Source of the DNA: Aulosira sp. ZfuVER01
GTDB taxonomy: Bacteria; Cyanobacteriota; Cyanobacteriia; Cyanobacteriales; Nostocaceae
DNA length: 64,000 bases
Direction of reading: 5' to 3'
Assembly: GCA_034530615.2 (NCBI GenBank)
Contig: JAVRCV020000053.1
Coordinates: forward strand, 64,001-128,000
The position numbers and the translations under genes are program-made. Below the pieces are notes generated by a model. It was not told the origin of the DNA. It saw only the letters and a list, made by a program, of their open reading frames with translations, and searched no databases. This document shows, piece by piece, positions 63,570 to 64,000 of this stretch (position 1 is the first letter of the stretch; each line of letters begins with the position of its first letter).

Positions 63570-63803
63570 TTATGAGAAACTTTCCCAGGCTTGAGCCACC
63601 AATTTACTGAGCCAGCGTCGCTGCTGTTTATCGAGCATGGCATCGTCGGCTAACACCTGGGCGGTTAACTCTTCTAAGGATTGACCCTGCGCCCGCACTA
63701 TTTTAATAACTCCAGCGATCGCAGATGCAACCAGTTCTTCATCTACAGGTCTTTGTTGCAGGGCAACAATGTCTTGGGGGCTGTCTGGGATGGGATAATT
63801 CAT
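63570..63803 (-). CDS. Conserved small hypothetical protein
   Basis: 77-aa ATG ORF, VDEELVASAIAGVI...GQSLEELTAQVLADD. Confidence 0.7.
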   Translation of the reverse strand: MNYPIPDSPQDIVALQQRPVDEELVASAIAGVIKIVRAQGQSLEELTAQVLADDAMLDKQQRRWLSKLVAQAWESFS

Positions 63804-63963
63804 GGCGTGGGTTTACAGAAATTCAGAATGAACAATATGTTTGACAAATTATTAAAATTTCTTCACCAAATCTTTATGCAACTGATAGGGCGGAGTTTAG
63901 CGTATTTCATGCCTTCTTGAAATCTGTCTTAGTGAGTAGATTTAGCGGAGATGTCAGAAACCA

Positions 63964-64000
63964 ATGAAAGAAATACTTTATTTAGAAATTCCGACTCCAG
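63964..64000 (+). CDS. Start of a gene running off the window (possibly CruA-type lycopene cyclase)
   Basis: MKEILYLEIPTP...; resemblance recalled from only 12 residues. Confidence 0.35.
   Translation, partial: MKEILYLEIPTP

Overview
Chromosomal segment of a filamentous, probably Nostocales-type cyanobacterium. This is inferred from abundant HIP1 (GCGATCGC), heptamer STRR arrays, petB/petD/ctpA, a cyAbrB regulator, Psb34 and a split-intein dnaE-N. Most of the window is housekeeping or metabolic: galK, xseAB, murF, ClC channel, cobD/cbiB, pyrR, petBD, ctpA, lipoxygenase, hemE, ptrB, clpS, thiO-thiG and cimA. Two accessory regions stand out. (1) 33.4-35.8 kb: a REP-associated HUH tyrosine transposase (RAYT) gene lies between two inverted 29-bp GTAG palindromes. 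Each palindrome has been hit at its centre by the same IS4-type system, one by a full 1412-bp IS and the other by a 204-bp MITE sharing its terminal repeat, each with its own 9-bp target duplication. Empty copies of the REP and a solo IS end occur elsewhere in the window. (2) 51.0-55.4 kb: a putative defence or conflict cluster after dnaE-N, made of an HTH-NACHT protein lacking a C-terminal sensor, an Xre/MbcA-like antitoxin, a RES toxin bracketed by REP-like palindromes, and an unknown membrane protein. Also found: a gmd pseudogene, two small ORFs missed by the track (psb34 and a 59-aa protein), nested miniature elements, in-frame repeat insertions in thiO and cimA, and a possible decayed attC-type cassette. 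No rRNA, tRNA or CRISPR array was seen. All assignments come from reading motifs by eye; no database search was run.
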